NCBI GenBank assembly: GCA_951406725.2
Contig: OX597825.1
Span: 54,808,001 to 54,872,000, forward strand
DNA from: Octopus vulgaris
Lineage: Eukaryota
Reading direction: 5' to 3'
Length of the DNA stretch: 64,000 nt
Shown here: one piece after another, positions 13,674 through 28,087 of the stretch
How the letters are laid out: each line of letters begins with the position of its first letter
Position numbering within the stretch: position 1 is the first letter of the stretch
Notes under the pieces: model-generated
Database searches by the model: none
What the model saw: only the letters and a program-made list of their open reading frames with translations
What the model was told of the DNA's origin: nothing
Translations under genes and position numbers: made by a program

Positions 13674-13734
13674 GATAAAACTCCGAGTTTCGGATGGCGG
13701 GGCGGAAACCCACGCCTGTATCTCTTCAGTTATC
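13674..13734 (-). ncRNA. Hammerhead-ribozyme-like motif (type I, Penelope-LTR style)
   Basis: Minus strand reads GAUAA-CUGAAGA-GAU...AUCC-GAAAC-UCGGA-GUU-UUAUC, giving both core boxes, a 5-bp stem I and a GUU cleavage triplet. Stem II is imperfect. Confidence 0.5.
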
Positions 13735-16557
13735 GAGCCATCGAAAAGATGCTATGAAAATGACCGTTAAAACAAAGGGAAATTACTGTGTGATTGACCG
13801 TTATTAAGACAAAAGAGCTATTAGAATGACCGTTAAGTAAGGGGAGGGACTAAAGTTAAGGGAGTAAAAATGTTCATAGTAATCGCGTAAGCGCACATGT
13901 TCGTACATACACATGCGCGCCCGCACACTCACGTACATGCGCCTATATGTATATACTCATCCACCCTCACTTGAAACACACACATACTCACCCACACATT
14001 CACCAAAAATATATACACTTACCAGCATACACACTTGCACACACACACGCACAAAAAAGGTTCACACACATCTATATATGCACATGCACAATGCATGTTA
14101 TATTGTCGTATGTCCAAATTTGACCCTTTTTTTCAATATTTAATTTTGCTTGCAATAGCCGGTTCTTTTGGTCAAACTATCTTATCTCCAGCTGCTTCTG
14201 ATGAAAATGGTCAAAGTGCAGTACAACGGTTTAGCATTTATTAAAAGTGTACTAAACCCCACATACGGCAGTTTCACAAATATATTTCTGACTGAAAACA
14301 TCATACATAAATGGAGTTACGATTTTATGCACGCAACAAAGTATCATTGTAAAGTTGAAACGGTTGCTAATGTAAAAAGAAATGGAATGGTGAAGCTATT
14401 TTTTTCTTTATCTGTCACGTGTTATATTTCACTCAATCAAGTGCAAGTCGTCCATTAGCAATTTTGATTCTCTTTTCATGGACCTCGTTGATGCAACAAC
14501 AAAGAACGTCAGTTTTCTTTTCAGCTGTCTCGAATCACAGGCCACGTCAGTAGACTGGATGCGAATTCTTTAACTGATTGCTAATCCCACTATTATGTTG
14601 GCAATCTGTATTTTATTTCTCACTATTATAAGCTTCCACAAGTTTGTCACCCAAATGGGTAGTTAACTCAAATATGCACAAAATGTTTTCTATAGCATTG
14701 AACTTTCACCTATTCGACTTTTCTGAACATGAGATAAGTTTTAATCGAAACACTTTCATTAGAGTAGGGACTGAATCTTGTAAGGGTTTGCTTATTAACT
14801 GGGAGTTTAAACAATTCAAGAAAGATATTTTTGACCAAATTTTTTTCACTACTCCAATTATGTGAACACTTGTTCTAAAACTGAACCGCTTGGTAAAACA
14901 TAGATAAATATACGTACATTTCCATAACCACTGATATAAACTTTGCCGTGACACTGTAAATTTAGACCTCTCCTTCAGTTACTAACGCACTTCAAGCTTT
15001 TAACAACAAACCACGTTGTTTAACAACTGTTGAATTATTGTACCAATCAGAAAGTACGAGATTCGTAGCTGTGGAAGGAAAATTGTTATCCTGAACATGC
15101 CTGAACATGCCTTAATTTTCTAACAAAATATTGAAATCTCGAATTATGTCGCCTACTCTGTGAATTCAGCGAACTGCACACTCTGCTTAATTGCATAAAA
15201 ATTCAAATTATCGTGACCATGTAATTAACTGGAATCTATATTCTGATTTATCTACATGCATGCACACACATACACTCTCTCTCTCTCTTTCTTTCTTTCT
15301 CTCTCTCCCTCTTTCTTTCTTTCCCTCTCCCTCTCCTTCTCTCCCTCTCTCTCTGCACACGGATATATATATCTAGAGAAAGAGGGAGAGATTAAAGTAA
15401 AAATGAAAAGGCAAACTTGTTGGCATGACTTGAAAAGATATTTAACTTATAGAATATAGATACAAGGATTCTCTTATAACTGTTTCTAAAATAGTCGAGT
15501 GTGTGGATCATCATGTTGAGAAAGGATTCCATAGGCTGAATACACCGTCATCAGAGAGACAGAAAAGTCGAAGAGATGTAAAAGCGAGGGAAAGTTCACA
15601 ATCAAGGATAATAGTGTATTCCATTTTGTCCTGAATGAGGGAAGAGTCCGAATAAAATAGGAATGTATTAGGTAGGTCTATGATCAAATAAAGAATACGG
15701 TTATAGGTAATATCCAATAGCAGCTTCAAATGAGAATGCTGGATGATAATTCATGGCGAGGAATAGTGAAAGTTAGCAGTTCCAGTTTGAATAGAGAAGG
15801 AACGAGGGTAGGATAGGAATATTATATTCTGGTCAAGAGGAAAGACAGGCGAGTAGATATATGATGCGGTCACAGGAGTGTGACGAAAGAACTCTGGCCG
15901 AAATAAGATTAAGATTAAAGTAAAAAATAAATAACACTGAAGCAAAGTAACACCAAATATATAGTGCGTGTGTTTTTATTGGCTAAACTGGCAAAATGAC
16001 CATTCCGAAATATAACAATATATATATATACTAATCAGTATAATGCGTGTATGCTAGTCGAGAGAGATTTGGATGCATATATAAAGATGGATAGACAAGG
16101 GGATGAAGAATAGCAGATGTCAAATGACCACCAAGGTTGGCCAGGATTAACAAAAATGAGAGGGAGTAAGGTAGTGATGGTAATAAAGTAATAAAGCAGT
16201 TGTAAAAGATAAAGGTGTTAAGTTAAAGGGAGTCTCATAATAGTGGAAGTGAGGGAGATTTAGGACTTGCCTGGTTGTGGTGGTGCTAGAAATAGATTGC
16301 CCCTATTGTTAAATATAAAATATATAATTTAAAATTTAAAAATTTGTGATGTTAATGAGGTGTTTGCTCATTTGGAACCGAGAGATGGAAACAAAGAGAG
16401 TCACAATGGCTGTTGTCAGCCATTTGCTACAACATGGAGAGAACATAAATATCCTCGAATTTGCTGCCTTGGAGCAACAAAGATTCAAAACGATAAATCA
16501 AAGTGAAGTCAAAAGTAAATGTAAATATATAAATAAACAGATTAGGCACATATAAAT

Positions 16558-16684
<127 letters not shown>

Positions 16685-16771
16685 TAAAGAAAGAGATGGA
16701 GAGATGAATATGCACATATATATACACGCATAAGTATGTACAGGTTTATATTTATGGAAACTGAAAGAATA

Positions 16772-16810
<39 letters not shown>

Positions 16811-16813
16811 GAG

Positions 16814-17133
16814 GAGACCCTCTTCGGTCATGAATGACCATGGGATTGCACCTAGAAAGTTTCCCTCCGTGTCACAAGTCTGGACAAGGTTGCTTTTTAT
16901 GGAAGGCCTGCATTCGTCCACGCATACCAGCCTCCCCTCTCCACGCCATCGATGTTATATCCAAGGGAAAGGCAAAGGCCGATACAGCTTGGCACCAGTG
17001 GTGTCGCAACTCATTTCTACTGCTGAGTGAACTGGAGCAACGTGAAATAAAGTGTCTTGCTCAAGAACACAACACGCAGCCCGATCCGTAATCGAACTCA
17101 CAACTTCACGATCGTAAGCTCGACGCTGCACCT
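16814..17133 (-). mobile_element. tRNA-derived SINE, family B
   Basis: Reverse complement of 4186-4518. Confidence 0.85.
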
Positions 17134-18270
17134 TCACTCATCTATATATATATATATATAGTAAGTTCTGAGGTCAACTCTACAAACTCTTCAAGAAGAC
17201 AGTGCCTCAGCATGGCTGCAGTCTAATGACTGAAACAAGCAAATGGTAGACGGAGAAGTATTTACTTGCTAAGAAAAAGTAACTGCAATGCACTTTCAGA
17301 AAAAATAAACTTTGAATCACTCTCACAAGACATAATCTAGTTATTGGAGCAGTAAAATAAATAATATAGAAAAGAAAACTGGGGGAATTGGGGGTGCGGA
17401 AAAAAACATAAGAAAAAGTAAAGAAAAATCAATTATTGGGCTAATGAGTTAATGTTTCGGAAGGAAATATTCTAATGAAATGAGAGAGAGAGAGAGAGAG
17501 AGACTGTGGTGCGCGCGCGTGTACTTCTGTAATGATGCTGCCACCTAGGATTGATTTAAATAAGAACGAAAAGAGGAAGTTTCTGTGAAAAATAAATGAG
17601 TAGTTTTATGTATATTGTTAATGTTAGTTAGGCTGGGTTATTAAAATATAAACTGACTGAAAATTAGTTTGAGTCCAATAAAGGTTTGTTAAAACGATCT
17701 GTTGATTTTAACGTAGATATTAGATTCAGAGTCTAAGAAATAAAAGAGAAAAAGTGCTAATGATTTCTAATTTCTGTAGAGAATTTTTAAGAGTTATTTA
17801 AAGGGAAATAAATATCGCTGGGCAAGTACCATAAAGTTTTCAGAATTTAAGAGATCACAGAACATTACAAAATTAAATAATGCATGAATCGAAGTTTAAG
17901 GAGAGGAGAGTGCAGAAGAACAATTAGGAGGCAAAACTAAGAAGGTGTGAAAGCTGAAGCCGTATTGTTGATGGAGAAGCTGTAGGTTACATCATTAACA
18001 GGTTATAGGAATTAAATAAATAAATGGAAAATATCTTATATCTACTTCAGAGTGTAATGTTAGTGATCGATTTTGTTGAAGTGAGTGCCTTCATTAATAA
18101 CGATTGAGAGACGGATTAGTAATATTCATAAATGTCCAACTTAAGAAATTTAGTGGTCTACTTATTCTGGATTAATTTAAACCACTCAACTAGTTTTAGA
18201 GTAGTTCTTCTACAAAAGTAAGGTCGATTCCTTCTTGTCTTTACAAATAACTTCATCTGTTAATTTTGTA

Positions 18271-18655
18271 TGGAGGCGCAATGGTCCAGTGGTTAGGGCA
18301 GCGGTCGGAGGATCGCCATTTCGATTCCCAGACTGTGCGTTGTGAGTGTTTATTGACCGAAAACACCTAAAGCTCCACGAGACTCCGGCAGGGGATGGTG
18401 GCGAACCCTGCTGTACTCTTTCACCGTAACTTTCTCTCACTCTTACTTCCTGTTTCACTTGTGCTTGTAATTCAAAGGGCCAGCCTTGTCACACTAAATA
18501 TTTAGCCTTGTCACGCTAAATATCCCCGAGAACTATGTTAAGGGTACACGTATCTGTGGAGTGCTCAGCCACTTGCTCGTTAATTTCATGAGCAGGCTGT
18601 TCCGTTGATCGGATCAACTGGAACCCTCTTTGTCGTAAGCGACGGAGTGCCAACA
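18271..18655 (+). mobile_element. tRNA-derived SINE, family D
   Basis: Head TGGAGGCGCAATGGTCCAGTGGTTAGGGCAGCGG...TTCGATTCCC. Inverted homolog of the 5' part within 59745-60055. Confidence 0.8.
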
Positions 18656-18939
18656 AACATGATGGAGTTGAAGAAAGTCCTTTTGTTGAACTAATGAATT
18701 TACATAGTTAATATATTTCAGGAATGGAGCCATAATTGATATTTAGGAGTTGAACAAGTAAGGTTACTAAGTTGTGAAAAATATAGTATAGATAAAATTG
18801 GTTGTTAAAGGTAGATCAGGGTAGTCTGGTGTAAAGTGAGTATTAAATAATTATTGTTATAGTGTAAATTAATAATTTGAGGTAAATTAAGTAGGGTACA
18901 TTAAAATCAAAACCGTTGCAGGTAAGGCAATATGATTAG

Positions 18940-19017
18940 AAATACTAAAAGAACATTGATAAGTATACATACAGCCAAATGGCTGTATGTATACTTATCA
19001 ATGTTCTTTTAGTATTT
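18940..19017. repeat. Perfect inverted repeat, 37-bp arms with 4-nt loop
   Basis: AAATACTAAAAGAACATTGATAAGTATACATACAGCC-aaat-GGCTGTATGTATACTTATCAATGTTCTTTTAGTATTT, no mismatches. Confidence 0.95.
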
Positions 19018-19049
19018 TATGAAGATAAGAATTTGATTTATAATCGATA

Positions 19050-19620
19050 TACATCTTAAAGCTTCTTTAGTTGCAAAAATATATCCTTTCGGTATTGCTG
19101 TTGATAAATTCATAAGTAGATATTACAAGCTCCGTTGTTTCTGGATTACCACTTAACTAAAGACAAAATGCTTCATTTTAGAAATTACGGTTAATTATTG
19201 TTTTTCAATTCCCAAATTAAACAAGATAAAGCGGTTTCATGATATACGCTAAGATTTTTAAATGTATGAATATGATTATTGAAGAATAATTTAAAACTAC
19301 TAGAGATGAGACAGGTGTGTATGTGAAAAGAATTGATAGTTTGTCCAGTGCCTTGGTAAGCCATATTACTTGCAATGTAATTAGATTTTAGTGGCTATGC
19401 ATTCGGATTCATGAAATGATAATTGATAAAAGGCTGTGTTCATGGATCTGGCTGATAAAACCAGACACGGCTCCGGCATAAATAGTTGTAGATTTTCATT
19501 GTGTTCTTATTAAAAATTACATAATGCATGAGCTATGGGAAAACTGAAAGTTAAATAATATGGGAAATATTTTGCAATAGAACCAGTCTTTCTTTCTCTA
19601 TTTCAGTTTTTATTTTGAAT
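19050..19620 (-). mobile_element. Penelope-like GIY-YIG C-terminal remnant
   Basis: Minus strand YHETALSCLIWELKNNN followed by a degraded W.IL / C..C-type segment, matching PLE endonuclease ends. Heavily decayed. Confidence 0.45.
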
Positions 19621-20379
19621 TAATGTGGTTGGAGAATATTCGACGTCGCTCACTATATTACTTTTCACGGATATCAAATAAAAACAGTGAACTATATAAA
19701 CACAGTAGCCACCTAGGAACCATTTTTAATAATGCGGTCAAAAGTATCTTTCTTGAATTGTATAAACTCCCAGTTAATAAGCAAACCCTTACAAGATTCA
19801 GTCCCTACTATAATGAAAGCTCTTTCTAGATGCGTTTTTAACGAACAAATTTTTGGCATCAAATACACTTCTAGTGCTCCCCCAACCGCATAAAATACGT
19901 TTAGCCTTCATTCCCACCACAAGAAACGTCCTACTTAGTTTTACCACCGTCTAACGCGTCTTGTCGGTTTTCTTCTTCCATAAACTTTCACATAATAATT
20001 TTCTTTGCTTTGTAATCGTCTAATATTCATTTCCCTTTGAATAACTCTTAAAAGTTCATTATTGAAGTTGGAAATCGTTAGCATTTCTTTTATTTCTTTG
20101 CCAAACTTTTATTGGAATCAAACTGATTTCCAATATCCGTATTTTCCGATAAGCCTATGTAACTAACAGTCACTAAATATATAAAACCTATCCACACACA
20201 TTTTACGTTCTTCCAAAGACTTGCTTTAGTTCTTAAAAAATATATATTTGTAATCAAGTTTAGATCTGACGTATGCAATTAACTTTTATTCAGTTTCTTC
20301 ACACCCAAGCATAAAAACTTTACTGGCAAATTTATGACAGCATAAACAAAGACACAAAAACTATAGCGCGTTCGCTTAA

Positions 20380-20700
20380 ACTTCATAATAGATATGAACG
20401 CTTAGTTGAACGCAAAACCATATATCACTGTCAAAGACCATTTCGAAAATTTCTCATCTAATCCATAATCCAAATTATTTCACCCCGATAAGAGTGAAAT
20501 CAGTTTCATTCATAAAGAATATTCATTACAGGATGAGAAAAGCAACGAATTTCTATCATTGAAATTAAGATATCACACGGATTGGCTGTTTTAACTATAT
20601 CAACTATAAATGTGATTGAAGATCTCTCAATTTGACATTGTCGAGTTCATCGGTTCCTAGTTGTAGTTACCCACTAGCATTCTAGAAATTTATACACACA

Positions 20701-20799
<99 letters not shown>

Positions 20800-21194
20800 A
20801 AATGTCGAACGACAAGAATGAGTGCTCAACATCGCATTGGTGGGTAAAATTTTTTTTATTTGTGTATTAAGGCTACCATTGGTTTCATGTTAGAAATGTC
20901 ATGATATCTTAAACAATTGTTCAAGCTGATCACTTGAATGAATGGTGTTCATTTCCATGTTGGATGAAAATATATATATACACACCCCAAGGGAAGATCA
21001 AATAGATTAAATTGACTTATCAGGGCGTAGCTGTGTGGAAGTTTGCTTCTCAATCGCATGTTTCCAGGTTCAGTTCCACTGTTTGGCTCCTTGAGCAAGT
21101 GTCTTCTACCTGACCAATCAAAGAATTGCGAATGGATTTGGTAGATGGAACTTGAAAGAAGTTCATTTTATATGAGTGTATGTGTGTGTGTGTA

Positions 21195-21257
<63 letters not shown>

Positions 21258-22083
21258 CACCACAATTATTAGGCATAACGTATAAACTTTACTTTTCAAC
21301 AAAAATTTTGTCTAGGTGTATAGGACTCAGAAAATTTGTTCGATATCCAAATCAGATCGTTCTACAGCGAAGCAGTATCATCTTGTCAGCCTGCATATTC
21401 TGGATACTCTTAAAAATAAATTCACGACCACATAGATATAGGTCTATTCAGAGATAATAGGCAGGTCCTACTTCAGCCTGGCAACATCCTCACACTCAAC
21501 AAAATTAGGGGAAAATATTGTCAGTACCTAAGGGGATTTTTGTCTTAAAATAATGTCCACAGACGAGAGCGCAATTAATTTCTTGCGTATCATAATCAAC
21601 CAGGAGATGAAACTCGTGTATGTCAATATAAATTCCGGTCACCCATCCAAAATGCTAATAAATTCAATAAGAAATATTGGCAAAAGTATGTTTACCTTAT
21701 CGAAAGGAAAAGAGATCTTTGATAAAGCTCCACCTTATTTCAGCAACGTATTAACAGTTTGCGGTCATGAAGATAAAATTATATATACCTCTATCATTCT
21801 ACTATTCATCAACTGAAAAAAAGAAAAAGGAATGTCATCTGGTTCAGTCCTCTGTCTTCGTTGTAAGTTAAATGTAATGTGGCGTATTTTTTAGACTCAA
21901 TCATTAAACACAGTTACAGTGATTAGGTCAACATATAATTTGAAACAAAGTTATATTTTTACATAAAACATAAATATAACTGCAAGTTACACAACTGAGC
22001 CAACACAAAAAGTTATACATTTTCTATCAGCCAGCAATGCTGAAACAATTGCCTGTGAGGCAAGATCATCTTCGTGTGTGTGT

Positions 22084-22139
<56 letters not shown>

Positions 22140-22340
22140 CGAGTGTATGATGGAGGATAAATTTGAATGTTGCTATTTCAACGCTTTCACTTATTAATCG
22201 ACCTACAAAAACATAAGAGGAGAGAAACCTAACCTTCTATCGAAATATGTTTGGAAACTGAAAGATCGAGGAATTATATTTGATATCCCCTGGAAAACTC
22301 ATGAAAGATGTAACCCGTGGATTAATGTTACAAAACTTTC
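20380..22340 (+). mobile_element. Penelope-like retroelement (RT + GIY-YIG) in pieces, interrupted by microsatellites and a SINE
   Basis: YITVKDHFENFSSNP..KL..P.KSEI and QFDIVEF (20400-20650); VYVNINSGHPS....IGKS...LSKGKEIFDKAPPYFSNVL..CGHEDKIIY and RNVIWFSP (21610-21860); LSKYVWKLKDRGI.FDIPWK (22230-22300). Confidence 0.75.
21022..21170 (+). mobile_element. Diverged family A SINE 5' half
   Basis: GGCGTAGCTGTGTGG...GGTTCAGTTCCACTG..CTTGAGCAAGTGTCTTCTA..GGATTTGGTAGATGGAA followed by (TG)n. Confidence 0.7.
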
Positions 22341-22740
22341 AGGTTATCTCATTCTAAAACTATATTGTTTTAATGAGTTTAACCTAAATTGATAACTATA
22401 TCAATGCTAGGCCCGATATTGTTTATAAAGGCAAACAACACTTTAAGGACATTCTGTACACTGGAAAAGATTGCCTGAGTGCCTATCAAATAAATACTAA
22501 CTCGAAATCCTTCTACTACAACTATGAAAGTTAAAACCGGAGGAGGATTAAACTCATCACAGCTACTATAACAGCTAATTTATCTATTTCAACAACACCC
22601 TTTCTAACTTTAGCCATTCCATTTAGTTTCAATTCAGGCAATTTCTGCCGTTAATCGTATACTGCTCTATTTTAATGTATTTTATATCATTATTTTTTGC
22701 TTCCTGAGATATTCACCATATATATCATAGTATATGTATG

Positions 22741-22850
<110 letters not shown>

Positions 22851-22901
22851 AATTAATATCACGAGGTTATTCTTTCATATACATATCTATCTGTTTATCT
22901 A

Positions 22902-22990
<89 letters not shown>

Positions 22991-23797
22991 GCATACGTGT
23001 ATACATAAAATTGTACGTGAGTGGGGGTGTATATCAAAAGCTTGATAGCTTTTGATCCATACAGTTATAGCCATTTATTTATGTGGTTACTTATTTATGT
23101 TTGATTGCCAGAATCTATCTACGCGCGTATGCGTGTTTAGGTGTGCACACATAAGTGTGCGTGTGTGTTGTATGTATGTGTGTGCTTGTGTTTGTGTGTG
23201 TGATTGTGCATGTGTGTGAATGTGCATGTGTGTGTGTGTATGTGTGTGTGTATTGATCTTTCTTTTTCATATTTTTTTATCTGCCTTTGTATTAATATTA
23301 GTTTCGCTTTCTTTTACTAGTTTTACTTCACCTTTTCATTGCTCGAAATGCAAGGAGTTTTTCATTACAATTTTTCTTCATATTCAAGAAAAAACTGAAC
23401 GCTTTGTACTTTGTACAATAAGGGTCGCATACATATTTATACACACACACACATACACACACACACATACACACACACATAGACACGAGTATAGGTTTAT
23501 ATGTATGTGTATAGGCACATATGGGCATATACGTCGATGTGTGCACGTGAGTACGTATATGCCTGTGAGAGCAAATATCCACAAACACACATAAATATAT
23601 GTGTGTGTATGTGTGTGTATTTGTATATATGTTTATACATATATACGTATATATGTATATATGTGCATATGTATATATATGTATATCTATATACATAATA
23701 TATATATACAAATACATACACTTATATATGCGTGTATATCTATATTTATAAATTTATCAATATCATCTATATAAATATATATATGTATATATATATG

Positions 23798-23859
<62 letters not shown>

Positions 23860-24285
23860 CTCATGTATCTATCTCTGTGGTGTGTGTGCGTGCGTGTGTG
23901 TGCATGCGTGCGAGCGTGTGTGTATGTGTGCGCAAGTATATTACTATGTGCTAAACAACCTTCATTTTCTATTATTTCTGTCGTACGGAGCAAGATACAA
24001 TGTTTTTTTCCTTAGCGCATTGGAGCTATCACTGTTTTGCGATAATTGTAAACAAATGACATTTTCTTTCTCTCCAAAAGAAAAAAAGAAGCGCACTTGT
24101 TTACATTTGTTTGCAGTTGTCACAATTCTGCGATGTTGCAAAAAAAAAACCGATTTACCATCTACTACCCTACTAATAGGTATGTGTGTGCGTGCATTTG
24201 TATCTATGCATATTTATACACATAAACACATATGTATGTGTGTATGTTTGTGCACGTGTGTGTGTGCATGTGAGTGTATATGCAT

Positions 24286-24318
<33 letters not shown>

Positions 24319-24683
24319 CCCGCACAGATATACAAACGTATATATATGTATATGTATGTGTATTTATGTATGTGATGAATAAACAAAATCACCACAAGGA
24401 AACAATTTTTAACAAGGGTGCTATAAAGCTTGAAAGGAAAAGAAAAGGGTTTTTAACGTTTCGGACTCCTGCACTTCATCACAAAAAGTAGGAGGTAAGG
24501 TGGTGGAAAGAATACAGTCCAATGAAGAGAAGAAGAAAATAATTTTTAAGGGGCTGTCTGCATGTATAGAAATGTACTCGTGTAGGGAGTTGGGTATAAG
24601 AGATACATACGAACATTCTCATACATACAAACGTACACACATATATAAATACACAATACATATACGTATATGTACTACATGCA

Positions 24684-24714
<31 letters not shown>

Positions 24715-24921
24715 GCACGTACGTACGCACGTACATGCTTACATGGATGGACCATTGAAATCTACAAGTATTTTTCATTCTTTGTTTATTTTCTCTTATT
24801 CTTTTCTGTTGAAGAGCGAAGGCTGAAATGTATAAGACTTTTTCATTTTCCCGAGCGTCAAACTGATACACTTGTTTGTTATTCATACACCTGTCTTCCA
24901 TCATACATACATACATATATG

Positions 24922-25020
<99 letters not shown>

Positions 25021-25148
25021 GTACATACATACATGCACGTGTGTGTTCCTGTATTTAGTAAACAGGGCAAAGCATGTGTAGTAATTAAGTTAAAGGGCAA
25101 TAAATAGACATGAATAAACCTATTTCGTCAGGAATATTCTTATCATTA

Positions 25149-25548
25149 AGGCGGTGAGCTTGCAGAATCATTAGCACGCCAGGCGAAATGCTTAGCGGTA
25201 TTTCGTCTGCGTTACGTTGTGAGTTCAAATTCCGCCGAGGTCGACTTTGCCTTTCATCCTTTCGGGGTCGATAAATTAAGTACCAGTTACGAACTGGGGT
25301 CGATGTAATCGACTTAATACCTATGTCTGTCCTTGTTTGTTGCCTCTGTGTTTAGCCCCTTGTGGGTAATAAAGAAATAGGTATTTCGTCTGTCTTTACG
25401 CTCTATGTTCAAATCCCACCGAGGTCGACTTTGCTTTTCATCTTTTCGGGGTCGATAAATTAAGTACCAGTTGCGTACTGGGATCGATCTAATCGAATTC
25501 CCCATCCTCCCTAGAAATTTCGGGTCTTGTGCCTAGAGTAGAAAAGAA
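25149..25548 (+). mobile_element. Family C SINE with internally duplicated body
   Basis: Segment GGTATTTCGTCTG...GAGGTCGACTTTGC.TTTCATC.TTTCGGGGTCGATAAATTAAGTACCAGTT occurs twice (25197 and 25380). Confidence 0.85.
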
Positions 25549-25552
25549 TATT

Positions 25553-26533
25553 TTTGTCATTACGATTTCGGCGCTGGAAATCATAGAATCATTCGACCCA
25601 ACCCAATCAGCCGCAGGTAGAATTTTGACATTTAAGAGCTTGGCTCTGCTGCCGCTCAGACCCCGACGGATAGTGTCTTCTATCCATTCGGGCTCTATTC
25701 CGTGTGGCACCCCACACACCCAAGCTCTTGTCAATTTCCTCTCACTATATGTGGGGAGAAACAGAATTTTCTCCCCTTCAAAGGGTTGGCTCGCAAAATC
25801 TCGAGCCTCCCCAGAGGTGTCAAACAGCAACCACACCGTTGCATATTTGACACCCCTTGTAATAAACTTAATAGTTGGCAGATATTTTGCCAACACCTTT
25901 TCAATATCCGCCTGAGAGAACACAGTGATAGTGTCGAGGGACTTACAATATGTCCTCAACACCACCGTTCTTTCATTAAAGTTTTGTCTCACTGCTAGGG
26001 GGTCACAATTTGCCACTCCAATACAGTGTTTTGTTTTTCTTTTTGCCATGCTTGCAAAAGAAAAACATAAAGAAAATTGTTCAACACAAAATCCAAATAT
26101 AAAGTCCAATAAAAACACAAAAAAGAATAGAAAGACAGAGCAGAGAAAAAGAACGAAGGAAGACAGTTCAATTCACGGCAACACAATACCGCCACTCAGG
26201 AAATCCACAAGAATACAGGTACTCCAGTTCATCGTCGCAGGACACAAAACTTCCTTCATGAATTCATAAATTTTCCAAATTTTGGTATCGAGACACACCC
26301 ACCAAAACAACAATTCTCACACGACCGTAGCAGACAAATGTCTAGGAACCAGTGAGGATTTCTTATTCGAGAAAAAAAAACAATCTAAAAAAATAAATAT
26401 TCCCCACCGAATCCTTAAAAAGACAGATGCCTACCTTGCAGTCGCGCCTTCAACGGTTCTTTAATTCAAGACGGTTCCTAAGCACGTCTTGACGGTGTTC
26501 ACTCTCGTAAGTGACTGACAAACTCACGCTTGC
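25553..26533 (-). mobile_element. 5' end (UTR + ORF1 start) of a LINE, probably L1/Tx1-like
   Basis: Uninterrupted non-repetitive ORF (MAKRKTK...ERTVVLRTY...TIKFITRG.KYATVWLLF...LFLPTY..RKLTRAWVCGVP.GIEPEWI) resembling RRM-like LINE ORF1 proteins. It has a higher-GC upstream region, no splice structure, and is cut off by a SINE. Clade assignment is tentative. Confidence 0.5.
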
Positions 26534-26578
26534 GTGGTAAGCAAGCTACTTACTTACCACACAGCCACTCCTGCGCCT
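26534..26578 (-). mobile_element. First ~45 nt of a family A SINE head
   Basis: Reverse complement GGCGCAGGAGTGGCTGTGTGGTAAGTAAGTAGCTTGCTTACC matches the head at 36846. Confidence 0.75.
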
Positions 26579-27690
26579 ATTATCAGTTATGATTTTATTC
26601 GAAATATTCTCTCTTCAGATTCACACACTTATTGCAGTGGTCTTTCGGTTATCCAAAGCCCTGCAAAAGAACTCGGAAAGTTGGGACTCCAAGGAGGCCT
26701 TTCACGACACTCTTAAAGCCAAGAACTTTTCAACAACCCTCATATGTGTGTGCGTGTGTGTGTGTGAGTGAGTGAGTGTGCGTGCATGTGTGTTGGTTCC
26801 ACAGAGTTTACATTTTACCAAATTCACTCACAAGACGTTGATCACTCTGAATCTGTGGTGGAAGACATTTTGTTCAATATGGCACTCGAACTAAACGTGA
26901 AACCACACAGTTGTGAGACCAACTTCTTACCACACATCTATGCCAGCACTCGAGGATTCGTTTCAGCAAATTTATCCAAGAAAGGAAACTGATAAAAAAG
27001 ATAGTTATTATAAAGGAACCCACATAATAACGTATAATAAGGAAACACATTTTTCGTTTAAAATTTGATTTGTAACAAACGGAATCATATAGGTGAGAGA
27101 AGGATTAGGACATAGGACAAATAACAATGTTAAATTGTAAGGTGTTCAAAAATGGGAGACTATGTAAATAGGTATGTATAGAAATACATGCATGAAGTAA
27201 CAAAGTGCATAGAATAGCATATTCTGTAGAAACTAAAGTAAGTTATCTTAATATATGCATTTAGCGAATGAAATGTCTGTTACTCGATTATCTGAAGGAG
27301 ATACGTGTGAAACACAAACGAGAGAAAGTACATTAAGCTGATTAAATAAGGAGATAATAAAGTGAAATTAGCGATTCTTTGTGCTTCAGGGAGAACGGTA
27401 TTCAACTTTTGAGGCTGACTATTGAACAACGAAGAATAAAGTGAGATAATTAATAAAGACTTATGTTGGAAATAAAGGGAAAAGAAAATAATATTGCATA
27501 CACCAATATACTGACGTATATGTAACACAGTTATATATGCATGCATACGCTTATATGTATATTTCTCTCTCTACCTTTCTCACTCTCACCTTCTAGATCC
27601 CTCTTTCTCTACTTCTTTCTCTCCTTCTCTCTCTTTTACTCTCTTTCACTCTCTCAGTCTATGTTTCTGTCTCACTCACTTTCTGTAATT

Positions 27691-27752
<62 letters not shown>

Positions 27753-27773
27753 GTATCTACACACACACTTTAT

Positions 27774-27826
<53 letters not shown>

Positions 27827-27952
27827 TACATCTTTATATGTATATGCATATATATACATATATATATGTATGTATGTATGTGTTTATATGTATATACACA
27901 TTTATGCACATATATGCTTATATATGTGTGTTTGTATATATGTGTGTGTGTG

Positions 27953-27992
<40 letters not shown>

Positions 27993-28035
27993 CTCTATCA
28001 ATTATATCTCTATCTATATGTATATATATATATAT

Positions 28036-28087
<52 letters not shown>

